Below are positions 10,133-19,737 of a stretch of DNA of 32,000 nucleotides, in pieces. Below the pieces are notes generated by a model. It was not told the DNA's origin. It saw nothing but the letters and a program-made list of their open reading frames with translations, and made no database searches. Source of the stretch: Lysobacteraceae bacterium (GTDB lineage Bacteria; Bdellovibrionota; UBA1018; JAGTJX01); NCBI GenBank assembly GCA_023657465.1, contig JAGTJX010000003.1, positions 39,436 to 71,435 on the forward strand. Reading direction: 5' to 3'. Made by a program: the position numbers and the translations under genes. Position 1 is the first letter of the stretch; each line of letters opens with the position of its first letter.

Positions 10133-10713
10133 ATCAATCCGTGAACATATACCTAGTCCTCCTGCATTATCCCATGACCAATCGTAATGGTGAGCGCGTG
10201 ACGACGTCTGTGACCAATATGGATATTCACGATATTTCGCGCACCTGTCGTACTTACGGGATTAAGAACTATTACATAGTCACGCCACTAGTCGATCAGC
10301 ACACCATTGTGGGGAGACTGCTTGACCATTGGAAGACCGAGAAGTCGCGTGAGTTCCATCCCGATAGAGTAGAGGCGCTCTCTCGAGTGAAGCTCCTCTC
10401 GAGTTTCGATGAAGTGATGGAAGACATTGCAGCTCAGAATGGGGGAGACAAAGCCGAAGTCGTTCTGACTGACGCCAGACCTCAGTTAGAGAAACAAATG
10501 AGCTACTCGGAGTATAGAGAAGTGTTGAAGAGCCCCACGCGCACCAGACCTTCGGTGATCGTGTTCGGCACAGGTTGGGGAGTGCATCCCAGTTTCCACT
10601 CCCGAGTCGATGTGATCTTAGACCCAGTATTGGGGTCTGAGGGTGCAGGGGGGTACAATCACCTCTCGGTACGGGCTGCAGTGGCAATTATTCTCGATCG
10701 ACTCTCATTCTGA
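10129..10713 (+). CDS. SPOUT-family RNA methyltransferase (Methyltrn_RNA_4-like)
   Basis: IYLVLLHYPMTNRNGERVTTSVTNMDIHDISRTCRTYGIKNYYIVTPL and VIVFGTGWGVHP...DPVLGSEGAGGYNHLSVRAAVAIILDRL; overlaps trmD by 4 nt. Confidence 0.85.
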   Translation: MNQSVNIYLVLLHYPMTNRNGERVTTSVTNMDIHDISRTCRTYGIKNYYIVTPLVDQHTIVGRLLDHWKTEKSREFHPDRVEALSRVKLLSSFDEVMEDIAAQNGGDKAEVVLTDARPQLEKQMSYSEYREVLKSPTRTRPSVIVFGTGWGVHPSFHSRVDVILDPVLGSEGAGGYNHLSVRAAVAIILDRLSF

Positions 10714-10792
10714 ATACAAGTTGTAATCAGATTTGCAGCGCGTCGGTTGATTTCACTTTTGAAATACGCTTCAGTTAATATAGCTTCCGCTC

Positions 10793-11617
10793 ATGAAAAA
10801 AATACTATCTGCATTAGTCGTTCTTCTTTTTGTACTTACAAATGTTCAGGCTCAGGAAAATTCTGAACCCAAGTCAGCTCTTGATCTAGAGATCGACCAA
10901 CTCAAAGCATTCCGCACCTACTACAACGTACAGCTCGAGTCGCTCAGCGCACATCAGCTCGAAGTCTGGTATCACTCCAAAGAAAACCAATGGGAAATTG
11001 CACTCCTAGCGCTGAAGTCTAGCGACGATGCTTCTCAGATCAAAAAAGAACAGTACATCCCCAATCACACAGCATACGCAGGATGGCCACAGCCTGCGAA
11101 AGAATACACTCGCGTTCCTGAAAGATTCAACTCTATGAAGAAGAATACTCGAGAGTGCAGCTGAGTATCTTAAAAGCGGTCAAATCCATGGAGAAAAAAG
11201 TTCTCGCTGGAAAAACACCGAAGTCAAACTTGCCAAAAATCTTGAAGGCTAAAGGCTCAGCTGATTATCCTTCCTGTATCATCCCAAGACTTCTCGTTCA
11301 CTAAAGTAGAACCTAAAACGGGTATTCAGTTCGCATTTTCAGGTAACCTTAAAACCGGTGTTATGAAAGTCGAAGTAAAAGATACTGCTGGAAACGTTCG
11401 AGGATTAGATAAGAAGCTTGATCGTAAATACTATACACTCACCGAAGTTTCTGGCGGAAGAGCCTTTATAGAGGGGTTTACAGAGTTTGAGAGGGATGAA
11501 AATGCCTCTTATGACGCTGATCAATTAGAGTTTCCTGGATCTGGGATCTATACGAGTTTTGATATCTCTCCAGGTCGTTTCGACGGGCTCCAATTCACCC
11601 TAAAAGGGATTAAATAG
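10793..11617 (+). pseudogene. frame-disrupted gene for an exported protein (signal peptide MKKILSALVVLLFVLTNVQAQ)
   Basis: Three consecutive coding-like segments in frames 2, 1, 2: 10793-11164, about 11158-11304, about 11280-11617 (SSQDFSFTKVEPKTGIQFAFSGNLKTGVMKVEVKDTAGNVRG...). Confidence 0.65.
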
Positions 11618-11696
11618 GATAAAAACCTCCTTGCAGAGGATTGCTACCTGCGGTAAGTGAGTAGCTCGGTTAATTTTAAATAAAGGCGAATAACAC

Positions 11697-12155
11697 ATGG
11701 CACAAAAGAGATTTACAGTTAAGAACAGATCCAAAGGCAAAAATGCTCCTTCACGCGGCTTAGCTGCTAAGGTTGCACTCGCAGAAAAAATGATCAAAAG
11801 CGTAGAGCTCCCTGAGTTCAAAGCCGGTGACACTGTAAAAGTTCACGTAAAAATCATGGAAGGCGAAAAAGAGCGTATCCAGATTTACGAAGGCGTTGTG
11901 ATCGCTCGTAAGAATCATGGAAAAGGCCGTTCATTCATCGTCCGTAAGATTTCTCACGGCGTAGGCGTTGAGCGTATTTTCATGGAATCTTCACCAAGAA
12001 TTGCAAAACTAGACGTCGTTCAATCCGGTAAAGTACGTAGAGCAAAACTCTATTACATCCGTGGTCTTGAAGGTAAGAGTGCTAAGATTGACCGTGAAGT
12101 CACCACTCAAGCTGCAGCAGCTGCTTCTGAAGCAGCTTCTAAGACGAAGAATTGA
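11697..12155 (+). CDS. rplS: 50S ribosomal protein L19 (C-terminally extended)
   Basis: [69 protein letters not shown]. Confidence 0.97.
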   Translation: MAQKRFTVKNRSKGKNAPSRGLAAKVALAEKMIKSVELPEFKAGDTVKVHVKIMEGEKERIQIYEGVVIARKNHGKGRSFIVRKISHGVGVERIFMESSPRIAKLDVVQSGKVRRAKLYYIRGLEGKSAKIDREVTTQAAAAASEAASKTKN

Positions 12156-12174
12156 TTTTATATAAAGTTTATTG

Positions 12175-12212
12175 AAAAGGCCTGGTTCCCAATCGGATTC
12201 ATGCCTTTTTTT
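12175..12212 (+). terminator. candidate Rho-independent terminator after rplS
   Basis: aaaaggc ... gcctttttttt; short stem followed by a T run. Confidence 0.5.
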
Positions 12213-12267
12213 TGACCATTATTTGGTTTCTGGTGATAGAGCTAGCCCCACAAGGGGAATTAAAATC

Positions 12268-12849
12268 ATGAAAACAATCGTTCTGTTCATTTTGCTGGGA
12301 TTCACAAGCGCACAAGCCGCTGTAGTTAAAACCAAGTTCAAAGTTACGGGTCGTTACTACGATTCAACAGGTGACTCTAAGAAGCTAGTGAGAACTCGTA
12401 CGTTCATTAAGTACGACGATGCAGCTTCGATCTTGTCTGCAGGCGCGAGCGATAATTGCGAAGTCACTGTAGGGAAGAACGATATTGGAAGTCTTTGGAA
12501 TGGTGAAGAGAAGAGTCCTTGCGTATCGAGCAAGACTTTCGCGATTGTTCCTGAAGATGCGGTGATTGATATGTTTTATCAATCTGCGATTTTTGCAGCT
12601 TTTGACAGCGATTCAGTTTCACGAGTCACACGCATCTGGATGAATAGTAGAGTGATCAATGGATCCATGAACGCTGAGGCATCGAGCCTCTCGGGTACTT
12701 TGCTTTCTGTAGCCAGAAGTTACTTAGGTAAGGCTACAAAGACTCAAGTGGTTTCACTCAAGGGTGAGACTCAGTTTGAGATGAAGAGCCCATCAGGTGA
12801 ACGTCTGGTGATCAAGCTCACTCCTGTTAAGACTAAAGCAGTAAAATAA
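12268..12849 (+). CDS. exported hypothetical protein
   Basis: Start at 12268 gives the signal peptide MKTIVLFILLGFTSAQAA, preceded by aagggga. Confidence 0.75.
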   Translation: MKTIVLFILLGFTSAQAAVVKTKFKVTGRYYDSTGDSKKLVRTRTFIKYDDAASILSAGASDNCEVTVGKNDIGSLWNGEEKSPCVSSKTFAIVPEDAVIDMFYQSAIFAAFDSDSVSRVTRIWMNSRVINGSMNAEASSLSGTLLSVARSYLGKATKTQVVSLKGETQFEMKSPSGERLVIKLTPVKTKAVK

Positions 12850-12854
12850 AGTTC

Positions 12855-13514
12855 GTGAATCACTTCCCGACTCTCAAGATCGAACATGAATTCGGATATC
12901 CTAAGCGCACGATCATCGGTCTCGATGAAGTTGGACGGGGATGCATTGCGGGTCCCGTAGTGGCGGCAGCAGCGGTGTTGCCCGCTGGGTTAGAGTCTGC
13001 GCGTTCGTCTTGGAGTCCGGAATGGCTACGAGATGTCCAGGATTCGAAGAAGCTGTCGGTGCGAGCGAGAGAAGAATTATCTGAAAAACTCAAAGGTTGG
13101 CTCGCAGGTTACTCCGTTGCTTATTGTTCTAGTGATGAAATCGATGAGATCAATATTCACCATGCTTCGCTACTTGCGATGGACCGAGCACTTGAGGCAA
13201 TCCCTGCAAAGGATCGTAAGAACGCGTATCATCTGGTTGATGGAAAGTGGCTGACAAAGTCATTAAAGAGTTCCTCTGCTAAAGCCATAATCAAGGGTGA
13301 TTTGAAATGTCTTTCAATTGCCTGCGCTTCGATCATCGCTAAGGTTCACAGGGATCAGTGGATGGAGAGATTAGATCAAGAGTTCCAGGGCTACGGCCTT
13401 GCAAAACATAAAGGCTATCCCACAGCTGCGCATGTGAAGGCGCTCGGTACTCTCGGAGTCACGTCCATTCATCGCAAGACATTCGGTCCTGTGAGTCGCG
13501 CACTTCAATCTTAG
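12855..13514 (+). CDS. rnhB: ribonuclease HII
   Basis: IIGLDEVGRGCIAGPVVAAAAVLP, DSKKLSVRARE, IIKGDLKCLSIACASIIAKVHRD, GYGLAKHKGYPTAAHVKAL. Confidence 0.96.
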   Translation: MNHFPTLKIEHEFGYPKRTIIGLDEVGRGCIAGPVVAAAAVLPAGLESARSSWSPEWLRDVQDSKKLSVRAREELSEKLKGWLAGYSVAYCSSDEIDEINIHHASLLAMDRALEAIPAKDRKNAYHLVDGKWLTKSLKSSSAKAIIKGDLKCLSIACASIIAKVHRDQWMERLDQEFQGYGLAKHKGYPTAAHVKALGTLGVTSIHRKTFGPVSRALQS

Positions 13515-13562
13515 GCATAAGTTTTGCTGAGTAGATTAATGTCAAATCGAGCGGTGTAGAAT

Positions 13563-13598
13563 TCCCAGAGTAGGCAGTTAGAGCTGTTTACTTTGGGA
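13563..13598. other. long nucleic-acid hairpin in the rnhB-yraN intergenic region
   Basis: tcccagagtaggcag-ttagag-ctgtttactttggga; continuous stem of about 15 bp including G-T pairs. Confidence 0.65.
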
Positions 13599-13859
13599 GA
13601 CCTACCTCTTTTCCAAAAGAAAGGAGTGATCTTATGAATAAAAACGTTTCACGACGCTATTAATCTTATCGGATCCAGATCGAGAAACTTAAGTTGATTA
13701 CGGCGTTACTAATGGTAATTGCTCGTATTCTGCTTTTTTTAATCGCGCTCATACACCTACAGAGGTGAGTGAGGAGGCTCAGGGATACAGCATTAACCCG
13801 GAGACACTCATGAATGAGTGCCGCTCGATTTGGCACCTTATTGTAGTCAAGGAGTGAAC

Positions 13860-14228
13860 GTGAAAGCAGATATTCCAAACACATCTACTCGTGGAGCACA
13901 GGCAGAAGAGCAAGTCGTTCTGTACTTGGAGCGTAGGCATCCGGATTTCAGACTGATCGGAAGGAACGTTCGTTTCAAGTGCGGGGAGATCGATATTGTT
14001 TATGAAAACATTCTTCCATCAGGTGCACGTGAACTCGTATTCGTTGAAGTGAAGTCGAGTCATGAATCGATGAAGATGGCTGTATGGAATTTCACACCAC
14101 AAAAGCGAATGAAGATGAATCGCGCAGTGCAAGTTTACTTATCTCAGTATAGTGGACGAGCCACAGAGATGCGAATGGAGCTAGCAGTGTGTGCAGGAGT
14201 AGAGACTCAATTGATTCCGATCTACTGA
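13860..14228 (+). CDS. UPF0102 / YraN family endonuclease-like protein
   Basis: GTG start after aaggag; TRGAQAEEQVVLYLERRHPDFRLIGRNVRFKCGEIDIVYE...LVFVEVKSS is the YraN signature. Confidence 0.85.
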   Translation: MKADIPNTSTRGAQAEEQVVLYLERRHPDFRLIGRNVRFKCGEIDIVYENILPSGARELVFVEVKSSHESMKMAVWNFTPQKRMKMNRAVQVYLSQYSGRATEMRMELAVCAGVETQLIPIY

Positions 14229-14593
14229 TCAAACCTCGTATTGCCCTTGTCGCCTGATTCAGAATCGAGGAAATCAAGTAAGCTCGTTTCATCGTAGGCT
14301 TTGAAAATCTTCTTAAACTCAGAACTCACGTTGATGATTCTCGCCTTCACAGGTGAGCGGGATTGAAAGTCTTTGATTGCTTGGACGAACATCGAGATGT
14401 GGCTTGAGCCTACGAACTTAAGCTCGAGCATATTGATCACGACATTGGGAGAAGTGCCGGCTGCAGTAAGAGCCGTAGCGTTTCGCATGATCTTGCTTAA
14501 GTCTTGCTTCAGCGAATCCTGGGCTTCGTAGTTGATGTTGCCGCCTAATTCGATTTCGATGGTGTTGCCTGTTTTTTGGATTTTGCTTTTCAT
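14222..14593 (-). CDS. STAS-domain protein (anti-sigma-factor-antagonist-like)
   Basis: MKSKIQKTGNTIEIELGGNINYEAQDSL...VVINMLELKFVGSSHISMFVQAIKDFQ; start at 14593 chosen over 14866. Confidence 0.7.
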   Translation of the reverse strand: MKSKIQKTGNTIEIELGGNINYEAQDSLKQDLSKIMRNATALTAAGTSPNVVINMLELKFVGSSHISMFVQAIKDFQSRSPVKARIINVSSEFKKIFKAYDETSLLDFLDSESGDKGNTRFDQ

Positions 14594-14632
14594 GCTTTGA
14601 TTCTCCCTGTTTCCTAACTTAGTATCGGGATT

Positions 14633-15541
14633 ATGGGTGAAACAATAAAGAGGCATAGTTTGCCTAGTCTTAAGCCAGGATTTTATTTTGTTTCGACACC
14701 CATTGGGAACCTGGGCGATCTGAGTGCACGCGCGAGACAAGTGCTCGAGCAAGCAGACGTCATTCTCTGTGAAGACACGCGTTCTACTCTCGATCTCTAC
14801 CGAGCACTCGGTCTCACACCGAAGAAACTCCTGAGATCCGATCAGCATTCGACTGAAAATGATCAAAAACAGTTCGGCGAACTGTTTTTGAGTAGTCCAG
14901 GTATTTGGGCTGTCGTCTCAGACGCTGGAACACCCGGAGTCTCAGATCCTGGCGCTCTGATTGCGAGGCTAGCTGCTGAAGAAGGGATCGCACTCTTCAC
15001 CATTCCAGGCGCAAGTTCTGCTACAGCGCTGCTTTCGATTGCAGGATTTGAATCGACAGAATTTGCGTTTATGGGGTTTTTCCCTCGTGAATCGAAGGAA
15101 ATTATAAAAACGATTTCTTCTATTGAGGCTATTGAGCCGATCAAAACATTTATTTTCTTTGAGTCCCCTCACCGAATCGAAAACGCACTTGAGCAGTTAG
15201 AGAAGAATCTGAAAAAAGAAAACGGATGGATCATCGCCGTTGGAAAAGAACTCACCAAGCTCCACGAAAAGTTTTGGCGGGGGGATTTGGCGCAGGTCTC
15301 AGAGCAAATAAAAAATGAAGTACGTTCAGAAGGCGAGAGAGGCGAGTGGGTGTTCGCACTTCATAGAACATGTTATCAAATTGTGAAGGAGACTGAAGAT
15401 TCCAGTTGGATCAACGCTTTAGACTGTCTTCTTCACGCAGAAGTTTCAACTAAGCTGGCTTCACAAATTGTGAGCCGTCAATTTCATGTTCCTAAGAACG
15501 ATGTCTATGAGCTCGCAATCAAAAAAAAATCAAAAAAATAA
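14633..15541 (+). CDS. rsmI: 16S rRNA 2'-O-ribose C1402 methyltransferase
   Basis: GFYFVSTPIGNLGDLSARARQVLEQADVILCEDTR, VSDAGTPGVSDPG, FFESPHRIENALEQL. Confidence 0.95.
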   Translation: MGETIKRHSLPSLKPGFYFVSTPIGNLGDLSARARQVLEQADVILCEDTRSTLDLYRALGLTPKKLLRSDQHSTENDQKQFGELFLSSPGIWAVVSDAGTPGVSDPGALIARLAAEEGIALFTIPGASSATALLSIAGFESTEFAFMGFFPRESKEIIKTISSIEAIEPIKTFIFFESPHRIENALEQLEKNLKKENGWIIAVGKELTKLHEKFWRGDLAQVSEQIKNEVRSEGERGEWVFALHRTCYQIVKETEDSSWINALDCLLHAEVSTKLASQIVSRQFHVPKNDVYELAIKKKSKK

Positions 15542-15662
15542 TTGAACCGCTTGACCCAAGGCCTACTTCCCCCCAGACTTAAAAATGTGGTTGTGGAAAG
15601 AGTCCATGGATGGATTCTAGGAGAAAGCATCTTTAGATAGTTAGCAACACATAACGCTCCGG

Positions 15663-15706
15663 GCCCTGGCGATCTTATGGAAGATCAAATCGCCAGGGCT
15701 TTTTTA
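15663..15706 (+). terminator. Rho-independent terminator between rsmI and accD
   Basis: gccctggcgat ... atcgccagggc followed by ttttttt. Confidence 0.9.
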
Positions 15707-15754
15707 TTGATTATAGCTAATCCCCTCAGTTAACTTCATAGGGTAAAAAACTCT

Positions 15755-16636
15755 ATGGCATGGTTCGACGATCTTAAAACACCACGTGTTCAAAAGCAGG
15801 ATACGACCTCAAAAACTTCCCGTGTGCCAGAAGGCGCATGGAGCAAGTGTAATGAGTGTGGAGAGATCCAGCATTCCCGTATTTTAAGCTCAAATTTCAA
15901 TGTTTGTCCAATCTGTCAGGCCCATGGAAGGCTCACAGCTTGGGAGCGAATTAAGCTCATGACCGACGAGGGAGCGTCTGACTTCAAAGAATACGGTGCA
16001 AGCTTGATCTCAAAAGACCCACTCGAATTCGATGACACCGTTCCCTATAGGGTCAGATTAGAGAAATCCATCGGCCGTTTTAACCAAAATGACGCGATCA
16101 TTGCAGGCAAAGCTAAGATCAACAAAATTCCCTACCATCTAGCCGTGTTTGACTTCCAGTTTATGGGGGGCAGCATGGGTGTCGTCGTAGGAGAAAAAGT
16201 AGCCATGACCATGGCAGGCGCGCTTAAGGATCAAATCCCTGCAGTCATCGTCTGCGCATCAGGTGGAGCACGCATGCAAGAAGGTGTTTATTCACTTCTT
16301 CAGATGGCGAAGACTTCCTCTTTAGTGAGTCAGCTTAAGAAAAAAGGTATTCCCATGATCACACTTCTCACGAATCCCACAACGGGTGGCGTGGCAGCGT
16401 CGTTTGCGATGCAAGCAGATGTGATCTTAGCTGAGCCTAAGGCACTCATTGGGTTTGCAGGCCCCAGAGTGATCGAACAAACCATCAGACAGAAACTTCC
16501 TGAAGGTTTCCAGCGTAGTGAGTTCCTCCTCATCCATGGATTCGTCGATCGCATCGTGCACCGTAAGAATCTCAAGAAAGAATTATCAGACCTTCTTTGG
16601 CGTCTGGGAATGAGAACGTGCCGGTTCGGAAAATAA
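15755..16636 (+). CDS. accD: acetyl-CoA carboxylase carboxyltransferase subunit beta
   Basis: Zinc finger CNECGE...CPICQ; VVVGEKVAMTMAGAL, CASGGARMQEGVYSLLQMAKTS, PTTGGVAASFAM, GFAGPRVIEQTIRQKLPEGFQRSEFLL. Confidence 0.97.
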   Translation: MAWFDDLKTPRVQKQDTTSKTSRVPEGAWSKCNECGEIQHSRILSSNFNVCPICQAHGRLTAWERIKLMTDEGASDFKEYGASLISKDPLEFDDTVPYRVRLEKSIGRFNQNDAIIAGKAKINKIPYHLAVFDFQFMGGSMGVVVGEKVAMTMAGALKDQIPAVIVCASGGARMQEGVYSLLQMAKTSSLVSQLKKKGIPMITLLTNPTTGGVAASFAMQADVILAEPKALIGFAGPRVIEQTIRQKLPEGFQRSEFLLIHGFVDRIVHRKNLKKELSDLLWRLGMRTCRFGK

Positions 16637-18948
16637 AGTTTTTCCTCATATTCAATTTGTTGTTTGCGGTCAGTAGTTTCGCACAAACATCGCTGCATTG
16701 GTCGGGTAAGAAAACTCGTTGGGACCGAAAAAACAATATTGTCGAACTCTTCGAGAAAGCCCAAGTCTCTCGATCAAACGAAATCATCACCGCCAATTAT
16801 ATCAAGTTTAACACAGAGACTTACGATCTCGATGCCGTAGGCCAATGCGTGTATGTGATGCCGGATATGGTCGTGCGCGCTGAGGAGCTTCACTTCAATC
16901 TCAATACGAGATTAGGTCAGATGATCCGAGGCAAGATCACCAATGGTCAATTCTCACTTCAAGGAAATCTCATCACTAGGACGGGCGGGGACAGCTTCAT
17001 AGCAGAGACCGCGGAGTATACCACTTGCCAAGATTGCGCAAGTGCATGGTCTCTCCTCTCAAACGAAATCCGAGTTCAAATCAATGGCTACGCGAGTATG
17101 TCGACGGTTTATTTTAAGATCAAAGATAATCCCATCTTTTGGTTTCCATATTTGATTCTACCGATCAAAAACAAACGTGAGAGCGGAGTACTCATGCCGA
17201 AGACCAGGCTTGCGACTCCGAATGGGTCTGAGATTATTCTTCCGCTTTATTGGGCGATTAATTCGTTTTCTGACATGACGTTAGGTATCGGAACTTACAC
17301 TTCCAGAGGACTAAGACTCGAGTGGGAAGGAAGATACACACTCACAGATAAGAGTGGTGCTCAAATTAATTTTTTTTATAACGATTGGAAGTTTGCGGAT
17401 ATAGATGCAGATAAGCCAGTCATGCGTGGACTTTTGAGCTCGAGATGGGCAGCGTCGATGAATCAAACACAAGTGCTGCCTTGGGGAATTACTCAAAAAC
17501 TCCAGCTGCGAGAGGTGAGTGATAATTATGTTCCGGATTTTTATCTGCCAGATATTCCTAGGAATGCTAATCCTTATCTCTCCAGTGAGCTCTCACTCTC
17601 TAAATCTTCTTCAGACTTCAGCGGATTCATAGAGTTCAAACGAACGAGAAACATGATCTTAGAATCGTCGAAGGATCTAAGAACGTTTGATGATCGTACG
17701 GTGCAGCTTGCACCTAGGATCGTTCTCTCGACAAATGATCAGAGTATTGTTGGTACACCCCTTGTGACTGGATTTTTGGTCGGTTTTAATCAGTACACTC
17801 GTCCGATTGGATTTTTTGATAAAGATCCTGAAGTCATAGGCTCAGACCCGAACACATTTGTTTCCACCGCAACTCAGGTGGATCCGATTCGAAAAGCAAT
17901 TCGAGTGAACTTCCAGCCTTCGATTTATACAACGTTAAGACCGATCAATGGGGTCTCGCTCATTCCATCAGCTCAGTATCGCTATAATGTTTATCACTTT
18001 GGAAATTCCGTCGACAGCCTGGGTCGTGGATATCCACTCTTAAGAGCAGAGCTCTCTTTCCAGCTCGAACGCACGTTTGACACTAAGAATCCTCTTTCCC
18101 CTAGGGTCAAACACTTGATGAGGCCACTCCTTACATATAATTATATTCCTAGTGTTCAACAGCCAGATACGCATCCCTTCGTAAGGCAAATAGAGCGAAG
18201 TCCATCTTATGTTTTTGATAACAACGACTTGATTCCGTTTAATGTGACAAGAAACTTTCAAAGTTTCCAGATACCCCTTGGTAATTCTCTTACCTATGGA
18301 TTCGTCACTCAGGTCATTAGACGAAATGGGCACTTAGATTTGACTACTGCAACCTATGAAAAATTGTTCGAATTCTCAGCCACTCAAAATATTAATTTTT
18401 TACAACTTTCTCAGTCTGTGTCTAACCGCATTCCTCTTTCACGACTTCAATCAAATTTATTTTTTGGATCAGGTCCTTGGGGATGGGGAACAGACTATCA
18501 ATGGATTCCAGACATCGAGAAGTATGGGAGGCCATGGTCAGATTCATTCATGGTGAACTCGAGCTTCTCATACACACTTGTGGGAACAAGATCAGGGATG
18601 AGTGTGTTCAATCGATCGATCAGTATCGGCGCTTCTTACAATCCAGGTTTTTATAATCCTGGCGGTCCTCCCACAGTAGCGCTCACCACAGGGCTCAGGT
18701 ACTCGATCAGTGATTATATTATGCCTTCGATAGTGCTAGCCTACGACCTGACGAATAGAGTTTGGATCTCTCAGAATTTCAATCTCACTCTTCAAGATGC
18801 GTCACAATGTTGGCAGCTCTCATCTGGGTTCGTGAGAAATAACCAAGGTGCTTTTGGATTCTCATTCGATATTAAAATCAATCTCACGGGGTCTGGCTTC
18901 GGAAACATCACCGATGCAGCTAGTTATGTTGCTCCACCTAACAGTTAG
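16597..18948 (+). CDS. lptD: LPS-assembly protein LptD-like outer-membrane protein
   Basis: OstA-like N-terminal region after signal peptide (IKFFLIFNLLFAVSSFAQ), ITANYIKFNTETYDLDAVG..., IFWFPYLILPIKNKRESGVLMP; large beta-rich C-terminal domain. N-terminus overlaps the accD 3' end; true start may be slightly downstream. Confidence 0.85.
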   Translation: MASGNENVPVRKIKFFLIFNLLFAVSSFAQTSLHWSGKKTRWDRKNNIVELFEKAQVSRSNEIITANYIKFNTETYDLDAVGQCVYVMPDMVVRAEELHFNLNTRLGQMIRGKITNGQFSLQGNLITRTGGDSFIAETAEYTTCQDCASAWSLLSNEIRVQINGYASMSTVYFKIKDNPIFWFPYLILPIKNKRESGVLMPKTRLATPNGSEIILPLYWAINSFSDMTLGIGTYTSRGLRLEWEGRYTLTDKSGAQINFFYNDWKFADIDADKPVMRGLLSSRWAASMNQTQVLPWGITQKLQLREVSDNYVPDFYLPDIPRNANPYLSSELSLSKSSSDFSGFIEFKRTRNMILESSKDLRTFDDRTVQLAPRIVLSTNDQSIVGTPLVTGFLVGFNQYTRPIGFFDKDPEVIGSDPNTFVSTATQVDPIRKAIRVNFQPSIYTTLRPINGVSLIPSAQYRYNVYHFGNSVDSLGRGYPLLRAELSFQLERTFDTKNPLSPRVKHLMRPLLTYNYIPSVQQPDTHPFVRQIERSPSYVFDNNDLIPFNVTRNFQSFQIPLGNSLTYGFVTQVIRRNGHLDLTTATYEKLFEFSATQNINFLQLSQSVSNRIPLSRLQSNLFFGSGPWGWGTDYQWIPDIEKYGRPWSDSFMVNSSFSYTLVGTRSGMSVFNRSISIGASYNPGFYNPGGPPTVALTTGLRYSISDYIMPSIVLAYDLTNRVWISQNFNLTLQDASQCWQLSSGFVRNNQGAFGFSFDIKINLTGSGFGNITDAASYVAPPNS

Positions 18949-18972
18949 ATGTGTTAGACTAATAATCAGATC

Positions 18973-19737
18973 ATGCAAATTCTCGTTACAAATGATGATG
19001 GTGTTCACGCACCCGGAATTAGGCATCTAGCCCACGCTTTGAAAGAGAAGTTTAAGAACGTGGTTGTTGTCGCTCCGTTAGAAGAAAAGAGCACCACAGG
19101 GCATTCGCTCACTCTTCACAAGCCTTTAAGAATCACTGAGATTGATAAGAATGTGTATGGAGTCAATGGCTCTCCAGCAGATTGTGTTTATCTCGCAATC
19201 AAAAAAATCATGAAGAAAAAACCTGACTTCGTGATTTCAGGCATCAACCGTGGAAGCAACATGGGGCAGGACGTTTACTACTCAGGAACAGTCTCCGGCG
19301 CACGTGAAGCGTGTATCATGGGTATCCCATCGATCGCAGTGAGCTTATCAGCAGATGCAAAAGCAAATTCAAAACCAATTAAAACACTTCATTTCGACTC
19401 TGCAGCAGAGAGCTCAGTACAGCTTATCTTGAGATTAGTGAAGCAGCCGCTACCGCATCACACACTCATGAACTTGAACGTGCCTAATCTTCCGCTAGGT
19501 AAGATCAAAGGTTTTAAGGCAGGTAAACAAGGTTTCAGGTATTACGGTGGCAAGATCATTGAGCGTGTTGATCATAGAGGTAGTCCCTATTTTTGGATTG
19601 GCGGTCAATACGAAGGATTCAAAAACGAATCAGACACAGATTGTGATGTTGTCGCTCAAGGCTACGCAGCCCTCACTCCTCTGCAGCTCGATTCGACTGA
19701 TTATTCTTTCTTAAGAGAATTTGAGGCTGACAAGTGA
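18973..19737 (+). CDS. surE: 5'/3'-nucleotidase SurE
   Basis: MQILVTNDDGVHAPGIRHLAHAL, VNGSPADCVYLAI, SGINRGSNMGQDVYYSGTVSGAREA. Confidence 0.96.
   Translation: MQILVTNDDGVHAPGIRHLAHALKEKFKNVVVVAPLEEKSTTGHSLTLHKPLRITEIDKNVYGVNGSPADCVYLAIKKIMKKKPDFVISGINRGSNMGQDVYYSGTVSGAREACIMGIPSIAVSLSADAKANSKPIKTLHFDSAAESSVQLILRLVKQPLPHHTLMNLNVPNLPLGKIKGFKAGKQGFRYYGGKIIERVDHRGSPYFWIGGQYEGFKNESDTDCDVVAQGYAALTPLQLDSTDYSFLREFEADK

Noticed and set aside
13818-13859. Upstream ATG for the YraN-like gene
   Set aside because: The GTG at 13860 is preceded by aaggag and gives a length typical of the family.
14593-14866. N-terminal extension of the STAS ORF to 14866
   Set aside because: The extension overlaps the divergent rsmI start and has no domain-like character; the ATG at 14593 gives a normal STAS N-terminus.
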